NCBI RefSeq assembly: GCF_018977255.1
Contig: NW_024704751.1
Location: forward strand, 18,662,001 to 18,726,000
DNA: 64,000 nucleotides
Source of the DNA: Callorhinchus milii
Taxonomy: Eukaryota
Direction: 5' to 3'
In this document: positions 1 through 13,619 of the stretch, piece by piece
How positions within the stretch are numbered: the first letter of the stretch is position 1
Layout of the letters: each line of letters starts with the position of its first letter
Notes under the pieces: generated by a model
The model's input: only the letters and a program-made list of their open reading frames with translations
Database searches by the model: none
Told to the model about the DNA's origin: nothing
Program-made: the position numbers and the translations under genes

Positions 1-1339
1 AAGCAGAAATTCTGATTCTCAAGATCATGTACAGAATACTGTTTTGGCCTCCCACCTAATACATTCTGCAATCGCACAGAAACAGCTTCACAGATTGCCT
101 AATTGTGAGGTATATTCAATGCAGTGGAGAAATAGTTGAAGCAGTATTGATATTCCTCTCTCGGATGGCTTCAGCAGGCTGTATAAATGTCATAAATGCA
201 GTAATTACTGGAGAAACTGATAGCATCAAGTGTAGAAGATTAATGCTGCACCAACATTTTATCTATAATGGGCTGCCCGATATCAAACAACTTGCACCTT
301 TGCTGTGGTGTTGTCTTTTACAGAATTGGACAAGACAGCACTTCTCATTTTCAAATCTCTTCTGTTTAAAAATTAATCAAACCGCAAAGCATGCAGAGTT
401 TAAGCCCGAGCCTTCAACAATGTGGAAAGGCTGAAGTAGATTTGTTTGTAGACCATGTCAATTTGCATTCCCTAAAGGAATGTAGAAAATAATAACAATT
501 TATCCCAATCACATCTTTATTCTATTGTGTTTAAGAGGATTGTGCTGCATTATAATAATTCCTAATAACAGGGCTGTGACATTACGTCTAATTCCATTTG
601 CACTATTTTGAAATCTATGATGGGTGTATTTGCTGACCGTACGCAACTCTTGATTTCGTTTGTATTGCCGTTTCCTTGTTTAATTGTACAATAGTTATTT
701 CAAGAGAAACTGCAGCGTTGCTAAGACAAAAGTGTACTGCAAGAAGCCACCAAGCAGTGAGGAAATGGGGGAAGGAGCCTTGTTTTAATATAGTTACACA
801 ACAATGAGGCTAGCTTGTCAAGAAATGTTCTGGCTGGAGAATCATCCAACATCTCATTAAATCTCATCAGCGCTGTGCTCTAAACAGAAACTGTTGTTAG
901 ATTTCTGAACCGAGCGGTTGTTTCTGGGTGAAATGTGGAGGTGCAGTGATTGCAGCAACTCAGCAAGTAAGTCAGGGAGATTTCTATTCTATTCGTAGCA
1001 GGATTTTGAATTGAAGTGTCACGATTTAGTTACAATGGGAAGGGATTTATAGGAATGTTCCACTCTAAACGATGGCAACGTTACATTTAAATTGTACACA
1101 ATTAAATTTGAAGTAGAATGGAAAAAAAATCCCATTTTAAAAAGTAACAATTAATAAATATTATTATTATATTCACTTCTGTTCTTTGGGGAAGGTAATT
1201 TCAGGTTTAGTATTTATACATTCAAAATAGTAACTATTAATTTAGCATCAGTAACCTATTCCAAGTGGGTACAAGGGAGGAGTATTTGGTACAGTGTCAT
1301 CCGCTTAACATAACAGACAGGTGCTAGATACAGGTAAAT

Positions 1340-1530
1340 GCAACAACAACAACTTGGATTTATATAGCGCCCTCCACGCCGGACGGCGTCTCAGAGCGCT
1401 TTATAGTAACGGATCCCGGGACCGAGCCAGGGGAGGGGGAGGAAGGTGACCAAAGGCGCGATCGAAAAGAAAGGTCTTCAGCAGAGACCTGAAAATGGGA
1501 AGGGAGGGAGCGAGGAGAAGGGATGCAATT
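1340..1530 (-). mobile_element. L2-type LINE 3' end fragment
   Basis: caacaacaacaac...tttatatagcgcc...cagagcgctt is the reverse complement of an L2-type tail with a (GTT)n end. Confidence 0.65.
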
Positions 1531-3147
1531 TGTTGTTGAATAACTAGACAAGAAACCTCCAGCATGGATTTAGAAAGGGAAACCATCTTGATGTATTTGA
1601 TTTAACAGATAAAGTAGATATTTATGATCATTATGTCATTATTTTATACTAGCGACAAGAAAAAGATATAGTGTCTTGGGAATATCCTACTGACATGAAA
1701 GGCGCTATATAAATTCCATTTGTTGTTCTTTGTATCTTGTTGTTGTAGATAGTGGTGCTACCTATAATACTTTATCTAGACTTTTGGAAGCTCCACATAA
1801 AATATTTCTAATTAAACTGAAAGACTCAAATTATAACACAAGGCTACTTACACGACTGGTTGGAAATAGAAAAGAGAGAGATGACTTATGAAAGGTTTAA
1901 TATCAGATGTAAAGTGCAGTCTCACATGGTCAGTGTTTGTATCTCTCCTGTTTCTCATATAAAATAGTGACATACTGTAATTATTATATATAATTAATCT
2001 AATTACTGAAAACCGATGTAAATTCAATGTGATTCATCTTTGAAATAATCTACCAAGCAAGTTAATAGAAAAACAAAGCAAGGGGTGTATCCAAAATATT
2101 GAAACCGACTTTGGGACCAGCAATATGAAAGCTTGCTAAGCGATGAGATCACCCCCAAAGAGTTCTTGGACTATACCTGAATAGGGATGCGGAGGCAGGG
2201 TGGTATAACAGCTGTTTCCTGACCTCCTGAGCTCCATCTTCCCGGGACCGGAACAGTGTTGGAGTCTCGAGACTCTGGACTGAGAGAAACAAAGGAAGCC
2301 GGCGATCTAGATGCATGTCTGGGCCAGACATGGCACAGATTCAGTGACACTTGGGTTCGTGACACTACTAGCACCCTGTCCGAAGGCCACCAAAGAGTGC
2401 CAGACTTGGATGCTGGGAGTGATGAAGGAGAAGAGTGGGAAACCACGAGTGAGAGTAGGACATAAAGGCGGTGGAGAAAGTTGACTGGAAACCCCACCCC
2501 CTCCAACTGTTATTAGAGTTGGTGATTGGGATCTCCCTACCTGGTAGCTGGAAGCCCAATGAGGCAGTGACCACCTCTGCATGTTCAGTTCTGTCTGACC
2601 TGGTGGACTATATGGATAGGGTACCACCATGATGGGTTAGGATACTGGAGGGATAACATTTGCTGGCAGATTAATCGTTCATCGTTCTGACTTTTCTCCT
2701 GTTCTTATTTCCATTTCCTTCCATAAACCCCAGAGTGAGGTTGACATGTGTCCTACAATGGCTCCATTGACTTTAATGAATGTTAGTGTTTGGAGCTGCC
2801 CTTAATGGGGCTGCTGATCAGGACCAGCTGGAGACTGCTCCACCCTTATCCTGTGGCATTCCTGGTCTGCTGGTTCGGGACTGGCCCACAGGCTAATCCG
2901 AAGCAGCATTCACACTGGAAATGTTAAACCCATTTTTCTTTTAAATACTAATTTACTTGGTGAGCATTTCCAGCATTTCTGTTTCAGGTTTTCTATCTCA
3001 CGCCCTATGCTGTTGGTACCTAGTCACAGCTTCTCATTATTTTCTTTCAGTGAAAGTGCCTGGTTTCACGTAGTAAATGGCAATGTTTTTGCTTGTCGTT
3101 TCCTCCTAAGCCCTTTTGTTCTAGATATTCAGGGAGAATAGAAAGGT

Positions 3148-3512
3148 ATCATAGAATCGTACAGCACAAAAAGAGGCCATTTGGCTCATCGAGTCTGTGC
3201 CGGCTCTTTGAAAAGAGCAATGTAATGTCAGTCCCACTCCCCAGGCCTTTCCCCATAACCTGCAAACCCGTCCTCCTCAAATACCCGTCCACCACGTTTT
3301 TAGAAGTTGTTATAGAATCGGCCTCGACCGCCCTTTCAGGCAATGCGTTCCAGGTTCGAACAACTCGCTGCATGAAAAAATTACTTCTCGCCTCCCCTCT
3401 GCTTCTTTTTTAGAGACTATTTTAAACCTGTCACCTTGAGTCACCGACACACCCACCAGTGGAAACAGTTTTTCCCTTTGTAACCTATCAAATCCCCTCA
3501 TGATTTTGAAAA
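3148..3512 (-). mobile_element. CR1 LINE 3' end
   Basis: Minus-strand peptides IFKIMRGFDRL...KLFPL and QRVVRTWNALPERAVEA. Tail atcatagaatc and a 3'UTR hairpin region. Confidence 0.9.
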
Positions 3513-3790
3513 TTTGGGAGGATGTAAAGAGTAGATGGAGACCTGTGCAGTATAAACATCGGCATGGATTAATGGGCCATACATCCATGCTGTACAGTGT
3601 ATGTAAATAGAGGTAAATGATATATTCATCATAACAGTTGAGTAGCAATTTCTACACCTTGTATTCCTAGTAATCCTTCCCACATGGTATGTTTTTGAGC
3701 TATCCTTCGCCAAAAATTTGTTTGCTTATTGTGGAGCAAAATAAGTATGGTAATAGCTTTATGCAGGTTAAATGGTTTTGTATCAAAAGT

Positions 3791-3808
3791 AGCTCCTCCT
3801 GGTGGTTG
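3791..3808 (-). promoter_or_regulatory. Possible CTCF site
   Basis: Reverse complement CAACCACCAGGAGGAGCT matches 13/15 of the core CCACCAGGGGGCGCT. Motif match only. Confidence 0.3.
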
Positions 3809-4189
3809 AGCTAACCAGATGCAAATATCAGCTCTCTATCCGATTATATGTATGTAACGTGGAAGATTACAGAGAATCTGTACAAAGATCTTGCATAAAA
3901 CATCATTTTGTTTTTTGTTGTTCAAGTTTAGATAAATGAACATGAGACAAATACCTAAGTCGAGCTCTGTTGTGGAAAACTATGCGGATAAATTGAAGTT
4001 ACAATGCATCAATGCACCCTCGTCCATATAACCACACGATGAAGCCCTTGATATTCGTAGAATAAATGAAGTAGTGGTTGTCTTGGTTATTTCTGTTCAT
4101 TGATTCCAAATTCATTGGAGTTTTTCTTGATACACTTAATGGCCATTCCTTGTTATTTCTGTTTCTAAAGCATTTCTGCTCTTCTACAG

Positions 4190-4340
4190 GGCGTGTGTAT
4201 GATGACAGCAGCTCTACTGCATTTCTTTTTCCTCTCCTCTTTCTGTTGGGTGCTGACAGAGGCATGGCAGTCCTATCTTGCAGTGATGGGAAAAATTAGG
4301 ACCAGGCTGATAAGGAAACGCTTTCTGTGTCTCGGCTGGG
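4190..4340 (+). CDS. ADGRB2: ADGRB2 (BAI2) coding exon, TM3-ICL2-start of TM4
   Basis: Acceptor cttctacag|, donor |gtacgt. 151 nt encoding [51 protein letters not shown], the hallmark ADGRB TM3 sequence. Confidence 0.95.
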
Positions 4341-7284
4341 GTACGTGAATCTCATTTCTAAATATAAAATCATTCCGATGGTGACTCTCGGACACAAAGT
4401 ACGAATGCAAATGCAACTGATCTTTGTTAACACAAAATATTATTACAAAGTTTGAGTTGTAACAAGATTCCTTTTCTTCGTATTCCTGATGGAAATTTAT
4501 ACAATACAATGCATTGTACGTCTATAGAGTGCCTTTCACGTAGGGAAGACATCTCAGAGCACTTACAGTCTGTCATAGTGACATGAGCCACCTGATTTCT
4601 CACCTCCCTTTCCAATATTCTTTTGATTGTAAGACTACAAGAATTGGGTTTTTCATTATATTGTCGCCTTCTCACACTTGAGAACCTAGAAATAAATATT
4701 TAACATGCACTGCTATAAAATAACAAGATAAAAATAAGTCAAATTGAGATCCCCAGTGATGTACCAACAAGCTGTAAATCTTGGTCTCCAACAGACAATT
4801 GACAATCCTATTAAGATAATATGGGGAAGATCCAATTTATACCAATTGAACTACTAGTAATACAGTTTGAAAAAATGCATTTGGTATATTGTTGATGTAT
4901 GACTGGTGTATTCACCAATATATAGCAATACTTTACAAAACGTGTCAAAGGTTCCTTGGAGACAGAACATTTTTAATGCACCATGTTGTTCTCCACTTTG
5001 ATTGCCATTTTGGGAAACTGAAATTTAATATCTGACAACAGAATGGACTTTCAACATCTGAATCCTAAGAGGATTTCCTGTCTTAAAGAAAAGATATAAA
5101 ATACATTGAATACTGTATCTTGTGTCCTAAAAGCTACAAAACCAAACTGTTTATCAATTAAACAACACAGCAGATCAGACCTTCACTTATAAGTGAGGGA
5201 GGTGGTTTAACGAGGACATTAATGCAAATTTATTGTTTACTTAATACGGTACTTTAAAATGTATGTGACATTGTGCAGCTTTGTGAAGCCTGAGTGTGCA
5301 GGATTGACTGGTAAGGAAGTACCACTCACCTGGGTTCAAGGAAAGGTTTGCAGTCAGTTTCATTCAATAATCTAGAGCCAGTATTACAGCACAATTTAAG
5401 TCATCGATGTTGGATCAAAGCCATCGATAATTTTTGCCATTCACAACTAACGGAAATTGCTGTCCAAAGGCAGCGTTCTTATCCACAACCTATTCTGCGA
5501 CCACACAAGTTTTCAGTCAAGCCACAAAATATATCTGTGTATCTATTCACTGTACATTAAGCCAAGTGCTGTGCTGTTTACACAGTATGACTACATAGTT
5601 TAATTTCACACCTTTGTAACATCATCAGGAATCCATATTGGAATTCCACTCTGGTCTACAGGATTAGGAGCAATTCTTCTCATGAATCAGGAAGTAACTA
5701 AACTTGAAGATAAAGGCTAGCCAATGGATGTAATTAACTTGGGTTTCCAAACCGGCATTGATGAGTTGCAGTGTAGTTAATTGGATTGAAAGCTGACTTA
5801 GAAATACTTTAGATAGCAGAAGAGTTGATAAATGGAAAAGACTTCCAGAATGTAGCATTCTAATGTATAAGGAGAGGTTTGCAGAGTTAAACATACTATC
5901 AGCGAAATTAAGAGTGAAAAGGGACCTTCAGGTGTGAGGGGGAAGGTAAGTGAGGTTACACTCCAAGGACAGGTTTGCAGCTAAGCTGACATGTGACAAT
6001 GGATTCTCAGAATGAAGTCAATCTTCTGAGCTGGACTTGATAGTCTGGTTCCTGAGCCAACTGCAGAGCAGTCTGATAAAAGGCTTATTGACAGGATCTG
6101 GATGGGCAGACTAGTTGCTAGAAGTAGGGATTCTTCTAATATTCTCCAGAATTAGTTAAGCAGGGTATGTCCCTCCAGGGAAGGAGTCTGCACTCTATTG
6201 CAGAAACAGGGAAATGACCAGGTGTCGATATATATTTGTGGAACTCTCAGTTTAGTTTTAATACTTTGAAGCGTGATGATGGGTCAGACACCTGGGTGAC
6301 CGAATAAGAGGGGACATGATCCAACTCTTAAAAATAATCAAAATGAAGGTGATCTAGACGTCAGCAGGAATTTTGACTCAGATGGTGAGACAGTAATCAA
6401 AGCCATACTTTATTCTTGTTTTGGATTGGTGCAAGGTGGTGTTTAATGTCTGGTGTACATATATCTGACAATATATGTGGATCTCCTGTTACTGGACTGA
6501 GAGCTCCAATGTCAATCATATGTTCTGTATAAGTGCATCAGTTTTAATCTACTTCTTAAAATAAAACAACATTTTTTTTATTTGTAATGTGGAAAACACT
6601 CTTCGTGTCAAGATATTTTCATTAAAACAAGGGGGCAGCATTAAAGAAGGTCAGGGGAGAAGTTTTAATTTAGTTTTGTCTGAAGACGTACTTCTTGCTT
6701 ATCTTCCAGTCTGCTTTTTATGAAAAAAATCTATAAATGAAATGACTGAAAGTAGAATATTTCATTTTCTGTGTTTCCCCAAAGGGACATTGACAGAGTT
6801 TTTCATTGTATATCGCTTGAGTTATTAGATTTAAGCAATTGAACCTCATGCTGTGGGACGAGATGCATACAGGCACCAACGCTGAGCACACATTTATACC
6901 AATAACTATTCTGACATACCAGAAACCATGTTATTGTCTTGATATTATGCCCAAGGGGAAAGCAGGAATAACAAGTGTCTCCAAATGTTTTTTTTAATAT
7001 AATGAAAAAGTACAAAGACATTTTCTATTATATTCAGCAATAAACTTTTGGCGGGGGAGGGGGCGGGGGAGTTGGTAAACAATTTGGGATGATACGGAAC
7101 TGAAAGCATAATGGCTGCCCAGTTAAGTCATCTAAGACAGGGCAGTAGTTGGGAGGGGTGGGTGGGGGTCTTACAGTTGGCCTCAACACCATGAGTTCAA
7201 ATTGGGGAAACCAACCAAACGAACCACGCCTTACTTTTTATTGCTATAGTTTGCTCTAAATCTCACATCTATGCTCATAATAAT

Positions 7285-7720
7285 TATAAACTTCAATTAG
7301 CACCTTTCACATCATGTAATGGCTCAAAGCACTTTACAGAGGCACTGAGCTGGGAGAGTGGGGGAGAAAGGAGGTGATCGCAGGCAAAGTCAAAGAGGGT
7401 GGGTTTCAGGAGGTTTTTCAAGATAGTTAGACAGAGGGTGAGGAACACATAGCAGCCCTAGAGGAGGGGATGAGCAGGAAGGCGAGGCTGGAGAATGTTG
7501 GAAGGATCAAGGGCATGTGGGGATTTGTAGTAAGATTGAATATCGTGAAGTTGATCTGCTGGAAACAGGGAGATAATGAGGCTTTGTGAGGATAAGTGTG
7601 AAGGGAATGCAAAGCTTAGTATGAGTAAGTATGCAAGCAGCTGAATTTTGATTGAGCTGGAGTTTGTGAATGGCAGCCCTGGGGAGACTGTCAAGGATTG
7701 GAAAAGTAGAAGGAGGAAAA
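7285..7720 (-). mobile_element. Degraded L2-type LINE 3' fragment
   Basis: tagcacctttcacatc...caaagcactttacag tail followed by purine-rich L2-like body. Confidence 0.55.
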
Positions 7721-7744
7721 CCGGAAATTAAATAAAGGTTTGGC

Positions 7745-7965
7745 AGGTGAGTTTCTCCAACAATCCTCCAGAAAAGAGAGTTTCTCCTGGTGTCCTGACC
7801 AACAACCCTCCAGACAAAATCATTACTATTTGTAGAACCTTGCTGAGTATAATCTAACTGTCCTGTTTGCCTACAGGAGCGGTCACAAGGGTTAACAGTG
7901 ATTATTGTAGCAAAGCGCTTTGAGATGTTTCGATGTGATAAGGTGCTCTCAAGATGGAAATTGTT
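7745..7965 (+). mobile_element. Degraded Deu-type SINE 3' half
   Basis: gagtttctcctggtgtcctgaccaac...aagcgctttgagatg...gataaggtgct. Confidence 0.55.
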
Positions 7966-7996
7966 TCTGCAAATATTTCTTATTTTCTTTCTTCAG

Positions 7997-8066
7997 GTTT
8001 ACCTGCCCTGATTGTGGCTATTTCAGTCGGTTTTACCAAAGCAAAAGGATATGGAACAGCAAATTA
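7997..8066 (+). CDS. ADGRB2: ADGRB2 coding exon, TM4-ECL2
   Basis: tttcttcag|...|gtaagc. 70 nt, phase 1 to 2, encoding (G)[22 protein letters not shown](Y). Confidence 0.95.
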
Positions 8067-8865
8067 GTAAGCGTTTAGAAGTCTACTAGTAAGCGTTTAG
8101 AAGTCGGGCTCTTCATTTCTGCTATTTATCAATGAGCAGGACATTACAGACTTTATTAATACAAGGAAAATAACCAACAGTTCAACTTATATCAATTAAA
8201 TATTTCTACTCTTTGGACGAAAAGTTTATCAGATTTAAATGCCCTGTCTCCTAAACTGGCAATATTGCCCCTTATCTTACCCAGGTTTTCACAGACCAAT
8301 TTATCGACAACTTGTATTTATTCGTACAGGGTGGTGTTTCAGAGTGCTTAATGGCAATTAACTATTCTTATGTTACATGCAACCTGAAAGCTTAATGACA
8401 TGAATGCTGGGGTATGTCGTCTAATGATTTAATTCACTCAAGGAGAGCAGTTTCTAAGCAGCTTTTAACTCCCCTAAATAGTAATAATTATATTAGGTGC
8501 TTTCAAATGGTATCAAGCAATCCTGTCCCATCTCACAGCTTTAGTATTTCAAACATTTGGATGACAGTGAGAAGAATGTAAGTGAGTAGCATTTGTTCTC
8601 CTGGCAAGAGAATACTTTGGAAGCGGGCCTGGCAACCCATTTGTTTTGATGGAGCATTTCCACTTACATTAGGAATACCATACAGGACCACCTCAGAAAA
8701 AGAATAGGGTATCAGCTTGCTGTTTCAATTGCAAATCGGTGGGTTGTGCAGGGGAACCAAAATAGTCAAATTGGATCTTCCAAAAATCTTAGATAATGTC
8801 GTGGCGTTGATCTCGATCTGATTTGAAATAACCGTGCTTCACTTTTTTGCTTTTGCTTTTTGCAG

Positions 8866-8932
8866 TTGTTGGCTATCTCTGGAAGGAGGTCTCCTTTATG
8901 CATTTGTTGGGCCGGCAGCAATCATTGTATTG
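8866..8932 (+). CDS. ADGRB2: ADGRB2 coding exon, ECL2-TM5
   Basis: tttttgcag|...|gtaaat. 67 nt encoding (Y)[22 protein letters not shown]. Confidence 0.95.
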
Positions 8933-10044
8933 GTAAATTTACTTTTCAATGTGGCATGAAATGTTGAATGCAGTTACAGAGAGCGTTACACTTGTGCATG
9001 CAATAATTTGTCGAAATTCAATACAGAATATTATTTGTATGAACTCCTTAGAGAGACTACTTTATTATTCAGCTGATGATTGAAATGCTTGTTTGCTTGT
9101 TCGTTTGAAGTAATCACGGGCTACTTTGCAGTATTTCCTAATAACTTGGAGTCTGCAGAGAATCCCTGCATAACTGTTTGTCACTCAGACCCACGGGAAC
9201 ACCATTTTGAAGTAGATCAGAGTTGTTATTAAAACGGATTACAAATTGGTGTAATTTAAATCCTTTTGTAATTTTTTGTGCTCGAAAATAGCCATTCTGA
9301 CAATTCCTGCTAATGAAGAGATTTCCCGTTGATTCTCTTTGCCGCCCCCAAACCTGAGTAATACAAGTCAGGTGGTCAGAAGAGAATTAAAATACTGTCA
9401 TTGTAAAAATTCTTCACAAAGACCAAAGACAAGATTGAGACCCAGGATATCTGTGGTCTGGGAAAGTAGCATTGCAGATTATCGAGACCGAATCATCATG
9501 AAATATAGCCCAAAGTAGTCTTTTAACTGCAGTCTTCCTTCCCATGACAAATGATTCTTTGAACACGATTGAAGACTTTGAACATGATTGAAGACTACTC
9601 TCACTGATTAGTACAAACTGAGAAGAGATATATTGCGAAATGACGTGGTCATTCACGTCATGGCCGTTTGCGGGACTTTACTGTGCACAAATTACTGCCA
9701 CATCTGCCTACACAATACAGTCTTTATACTTAGTGCTTTGAGACCTTCTCCAAATGTGATGTGCTGTATCTAATGTAAGGTTAGATGTTTACAGTTCCTA
9801 TGTTTTTAATTATTGTCTTAAGGGTTAAGATTGTGCAGCATTTTGGAAAATTCAACTTTAATTTGTAAACTGTTACTGCAGAAAACCAGCTTCCAGATTA
9901 AGACTAAATTTAAGATTTTCCAAAAATTCCTCGCAATTAATTTGCAAGCCTATGGTCTCATAACTTAAACGTGTGGCCTCCACAGGAATGATAGCAGATC
10001 TCTGCTGGATTGAGGACATGCTAACCTTTGGTTTTCTTTACAAG

Positions 10045-10129
10045 GTAATATGCTCATTGGCATTGTGGTGTTCAACAAGCTTATGTCCCGAGATGGAATT
10101 TCAGATAAGTCTAAAAAGCAGAGAGCGGG
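10045..10129 (+). CDS. ADGRB2: ADGRB2 coding exon, end of TM5-ICL3 (1-nt deficit at its 5' end as sequenced)
   Basis: ctttacaag|GT AAT ATG...|gtaggt. Encodes [V][27 protein letters not shown](G). Length is 85 nt where frame continuity needs 86. Confidence 0.9.
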
Positions 10130-12184
10130 GTAGGTCCTGGCTTTTTGCTCCTCTACAACCTTTTTTTCTCTTCAGTTGAAAAGTTTATTACAAATGCTTG
10201 CCATTTCATTTGGTGAGTTATCACATCAGAAGTCAGAAATATCCACTTTCCTGCATTTGTCACTTCATTCGCACTGTATTATTGTTTGCTAATTGGTTCT
10301 CTCTTAGAATTCCATTTGATGAGTCCTGAATTATCAGGATTGAATCCCTAATCTGTCCCTAATTGATTTAAAGCCCACATTGAGATGTATTCCTATCTCC
10401 ATTGTGACCCAACAGATTTATAATTAACTGATCCAAGGTTATTGCACATAGGAATCCTAATTGACTTCTTATTTTGATCCGTGGGTGATCTTCGCTGTGT
10501 GGCAAAGTATTGTGCTCTGATCTCAGGGTGAATAATCTGGCAAAATATGCCAGAAATCAATCAGTTGAATGTTGTTATTAGGACAAAATGTATACCTTCT
10601 CACAACAGAGCCATGTTGATTTATAGTCAGTCTTAGCATCTTGAAGTGCAATCAGAGAGATTGGAAGCACTAAGTAGGCTTTTGGCACTTAGACAGACTC
10701 TTTCCATAAGAACCAGAAGAAAACAAAGACTGTGATTGCAAACCTCAAGGAAAATGTAACCTTAACAGATATCAAGCTGTAAAGTTAGAAAATGAACTGA
10801 CTTGTCCCAGACAGAGCGCTGTGAATACTGAAACATTCAAAAAAAAAGGAGTCACATTCCCAATTCAAAACTCTTTAGCAGTGTGGCCTCAAATCATTAG
10901 AATTGCCACCAATGACATACACACACACACGTTCAGCTTCATCATTATGCTTTGCCCTAAAGCAGGCTTGTGACAGCTATTGCGAATTGAGCAGCTTATC
11001 ACGGTGTTTGCCGGAGTACAGTTTGCCGGATGCTAGCACAGCCCAGCAAGATTTAAATTAAAAAAAAGTTAAAAGCAGGTACTAACTGTCACCTCAATAC
11101 TGTGAATCACTTTCTGGTTGAAAGCACATGGCTACCGTTGATGACACAGTGATGGAATTAGTGGTTGGGATCACACCTATGGCCATTCGTGTTATACAAT
11201 GGGCTCAGTGATAATTGATAATTGATAGTTGATAATCACTTATCAACGATGTGATTACTATCACCTGGAATAATCCATCACAAGTACCAATTTTCACTCC
11301 ATGAACCTCTGATATGTATAACAAATCTACAATATGAAAGTCTCCACAACATGTACCAAAAAAGTAATTGAATTCCCGGCAACAATGGTGTAAATAATAC
11401 TGAATCCTGATGATGAAATGGGATCTTGCTGTACTTATAACAATAATAAATTGGCCAGATTCACCATAGAAATAAAAGACTGCATCAGAAACTTCCCCAG
11501 TGCAACAGACAAAGAGGAACTGGATCTGTGTGGCTTCAAGATATAACCTCCAATCTAATGAATTTAAACAAAAATCTTTCACAAATCCTATATCTCCTCT
11601 AGAATTAAAAGCAGAAATGCAGGATGGATGTCAGGCAGGTGGATATTTTAAGCCATTGAATGGCCTCATTTGCTGATAATCTTTGCTTTTAGCTTCCAGC
11701 AATGTAGTTGTTATTAATAAGGGTTACAGTGATAATTGAGAATGTATAATGTGCTCCAATTGTTTCTCAAAAGCACAATTAAGACCTGTTTTAATAGTCT
11801 TATCTGATATATTTGAAGACAAGTGTTTTTAATCCAACCTTTCCCATGTCAAATGATGATATGTAACATAATAACATGTTTGTGAAAGAGGTCTGTTGTG
11901 GATTTCACAACTATAAATTGGGGAATTCTAATAAAGGTCAAGTCATTAGTCTGAGGCCATGATGTGGTGATTATGACATTTGTTGTATTAACTGCTGATG
12001 AGAAAGAAGTGATAATCCATCATCATGTGAAGTAATTCCACAAGACTAGTAACTATTAACCATCCAGTTGAGGCAAAAATGAGCCAAGATTTGAGGATTA
12101 TAAAAAAAGAGCTAAAACACTAACATTTCTCCCCACAATTATAGCAGGAAAAGAGTAATTATTACCATGCTATTTTTAACGTTG

Positions 12185-12362
12185 ACAGATGAGAACTCGG
12201 TTTAATCTCATTAGAAAGACAGTACCTCAATACAATGTACCCCATCACTGCCATGTAGTGTCAGTCTCGTCTATCAGCTCAAAGTCCCGACATGGGGCTT
12301 GAACTAATAACTGCTGACCTTTTGAAATGGTGAGAAAACTACCGACTGAATCAAGCTGATGT
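12185..12362 (-). mobile_element. Deu-type (SacSINE1-like) SINE 5' part
   Basis: ctcggtttaatctcat...gtgtcagtct...ggggcttgaac is the reverse complement of the head and Deu region seen at 34105. Confidence 0.6.
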
Positions 12363-13619
12363 CTGGATCTCTCATTGTAGGGTAGCGCAGACAGCAGCTA
12401 CCGATCTCAAAATAATACTTAGGTCATAGATAGAGCCTCACCTCCCAGAGAGATAACACAGTCAGTGGAGCTTCTTCCAACTGATGTAATGTGTCACAGA
12501 TCTCTGCTCCCGACAGGCTCCCAGGTAAACCACAGAGCTCCCTCCTGTACAGTCTGGCTAAAACGCAGCAGAATCTTAAAATAGTAGTGCGGAGCTGCTC
12601 TCTGCCCGAAGTATGCTGTTCACAAGAATATTGTAGTCCTGGACTCACAGGAAGGAATGATATAGTCCACACTAATATCTCTTTATTCAATACACATTTA
12701 ATATAGCAGTAAATCAAAAGGACAACGTTAGATATACAGTATTTTGTTAGACCCAAAGTATATCAATAGTTTGGATTATTGTAATTAGCTCATATTCCCC
12801 TTATAACTTCAGATCATTTGCTTGACAAACTTATCCCAAACTGAGAAAAGCTCCCGAGAATAAATTCCATTTCTTCTGTCAAATCAACCTCCTGTTAAAC
12901 AGCTTTTGTATAAGGAATTAATACATTGTTACACACGTATATAAATATTTGGCTTTCTGCCTTCTGCTGCCTTCATTCTTCGGCTCTGCATAGAATTAAG
13001 TACAGTGATATCCAGAAAGCTGACAGATTTATTGAAAGCAGAGGAAAGAACTCACAATGACCCAGAGTTTGACTACAATACCTGCTCATGATCCATGTTA
13101 TGTGTGAACTTGGAATCTGATTGAAGGCCGGATCGGGCTCCAACTCCTCCTGACACTCACACAGATAGAATAGCCACTTGGGCAATGTTATGTTGCACTG
13201 TCTACAAGTACAAAGTGCAAAAAGTTGGGAGAGTGTTTCTTTAAAAAGTAGCAGCTGAAGCAAACCCCAGACAATGAACTGAATATCCAGACAATGCTGA
13301 AGACAGGAATAAGGCAGAACTGTAATTACTGATGTATAAGTTTCGATGCGCAAATGCCTTTTCAACTTAGAAATAGAATTGAGGGAGACAGTTGCAAAGG
13401 ATTCCAACTTGCAAATGAAGGTCCGAACCAGTGACCTGGAAAATGATTTCTTTATTGCTTCTGTGATGGTGCACTGATTAATCATTTACCCCACTCCTCG
13501 CATTCTCAATACCTGCAAGCAAGTTACATCTCTGTTGCTTTTTCTCAACGGCTTGTTTTCTCTGCATTTAAACTGGAGTCTTTATTTGTCCTCATTTTTT
13601 GCTTTGCATTTGTTCCAAG

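Noticed and set aside
9973-10179. 68-aa ORF as an independent gene
   Set aside because: It is the shifted frame over the ADGRB2 exon at 10045-10129.
11205-13485. Longer intronic minus-strand ORFs (125, 110 and 170 aa)
   Set aside because: No recognisable domain, and the composition is typical of translated AT-rich non-coding DNA.
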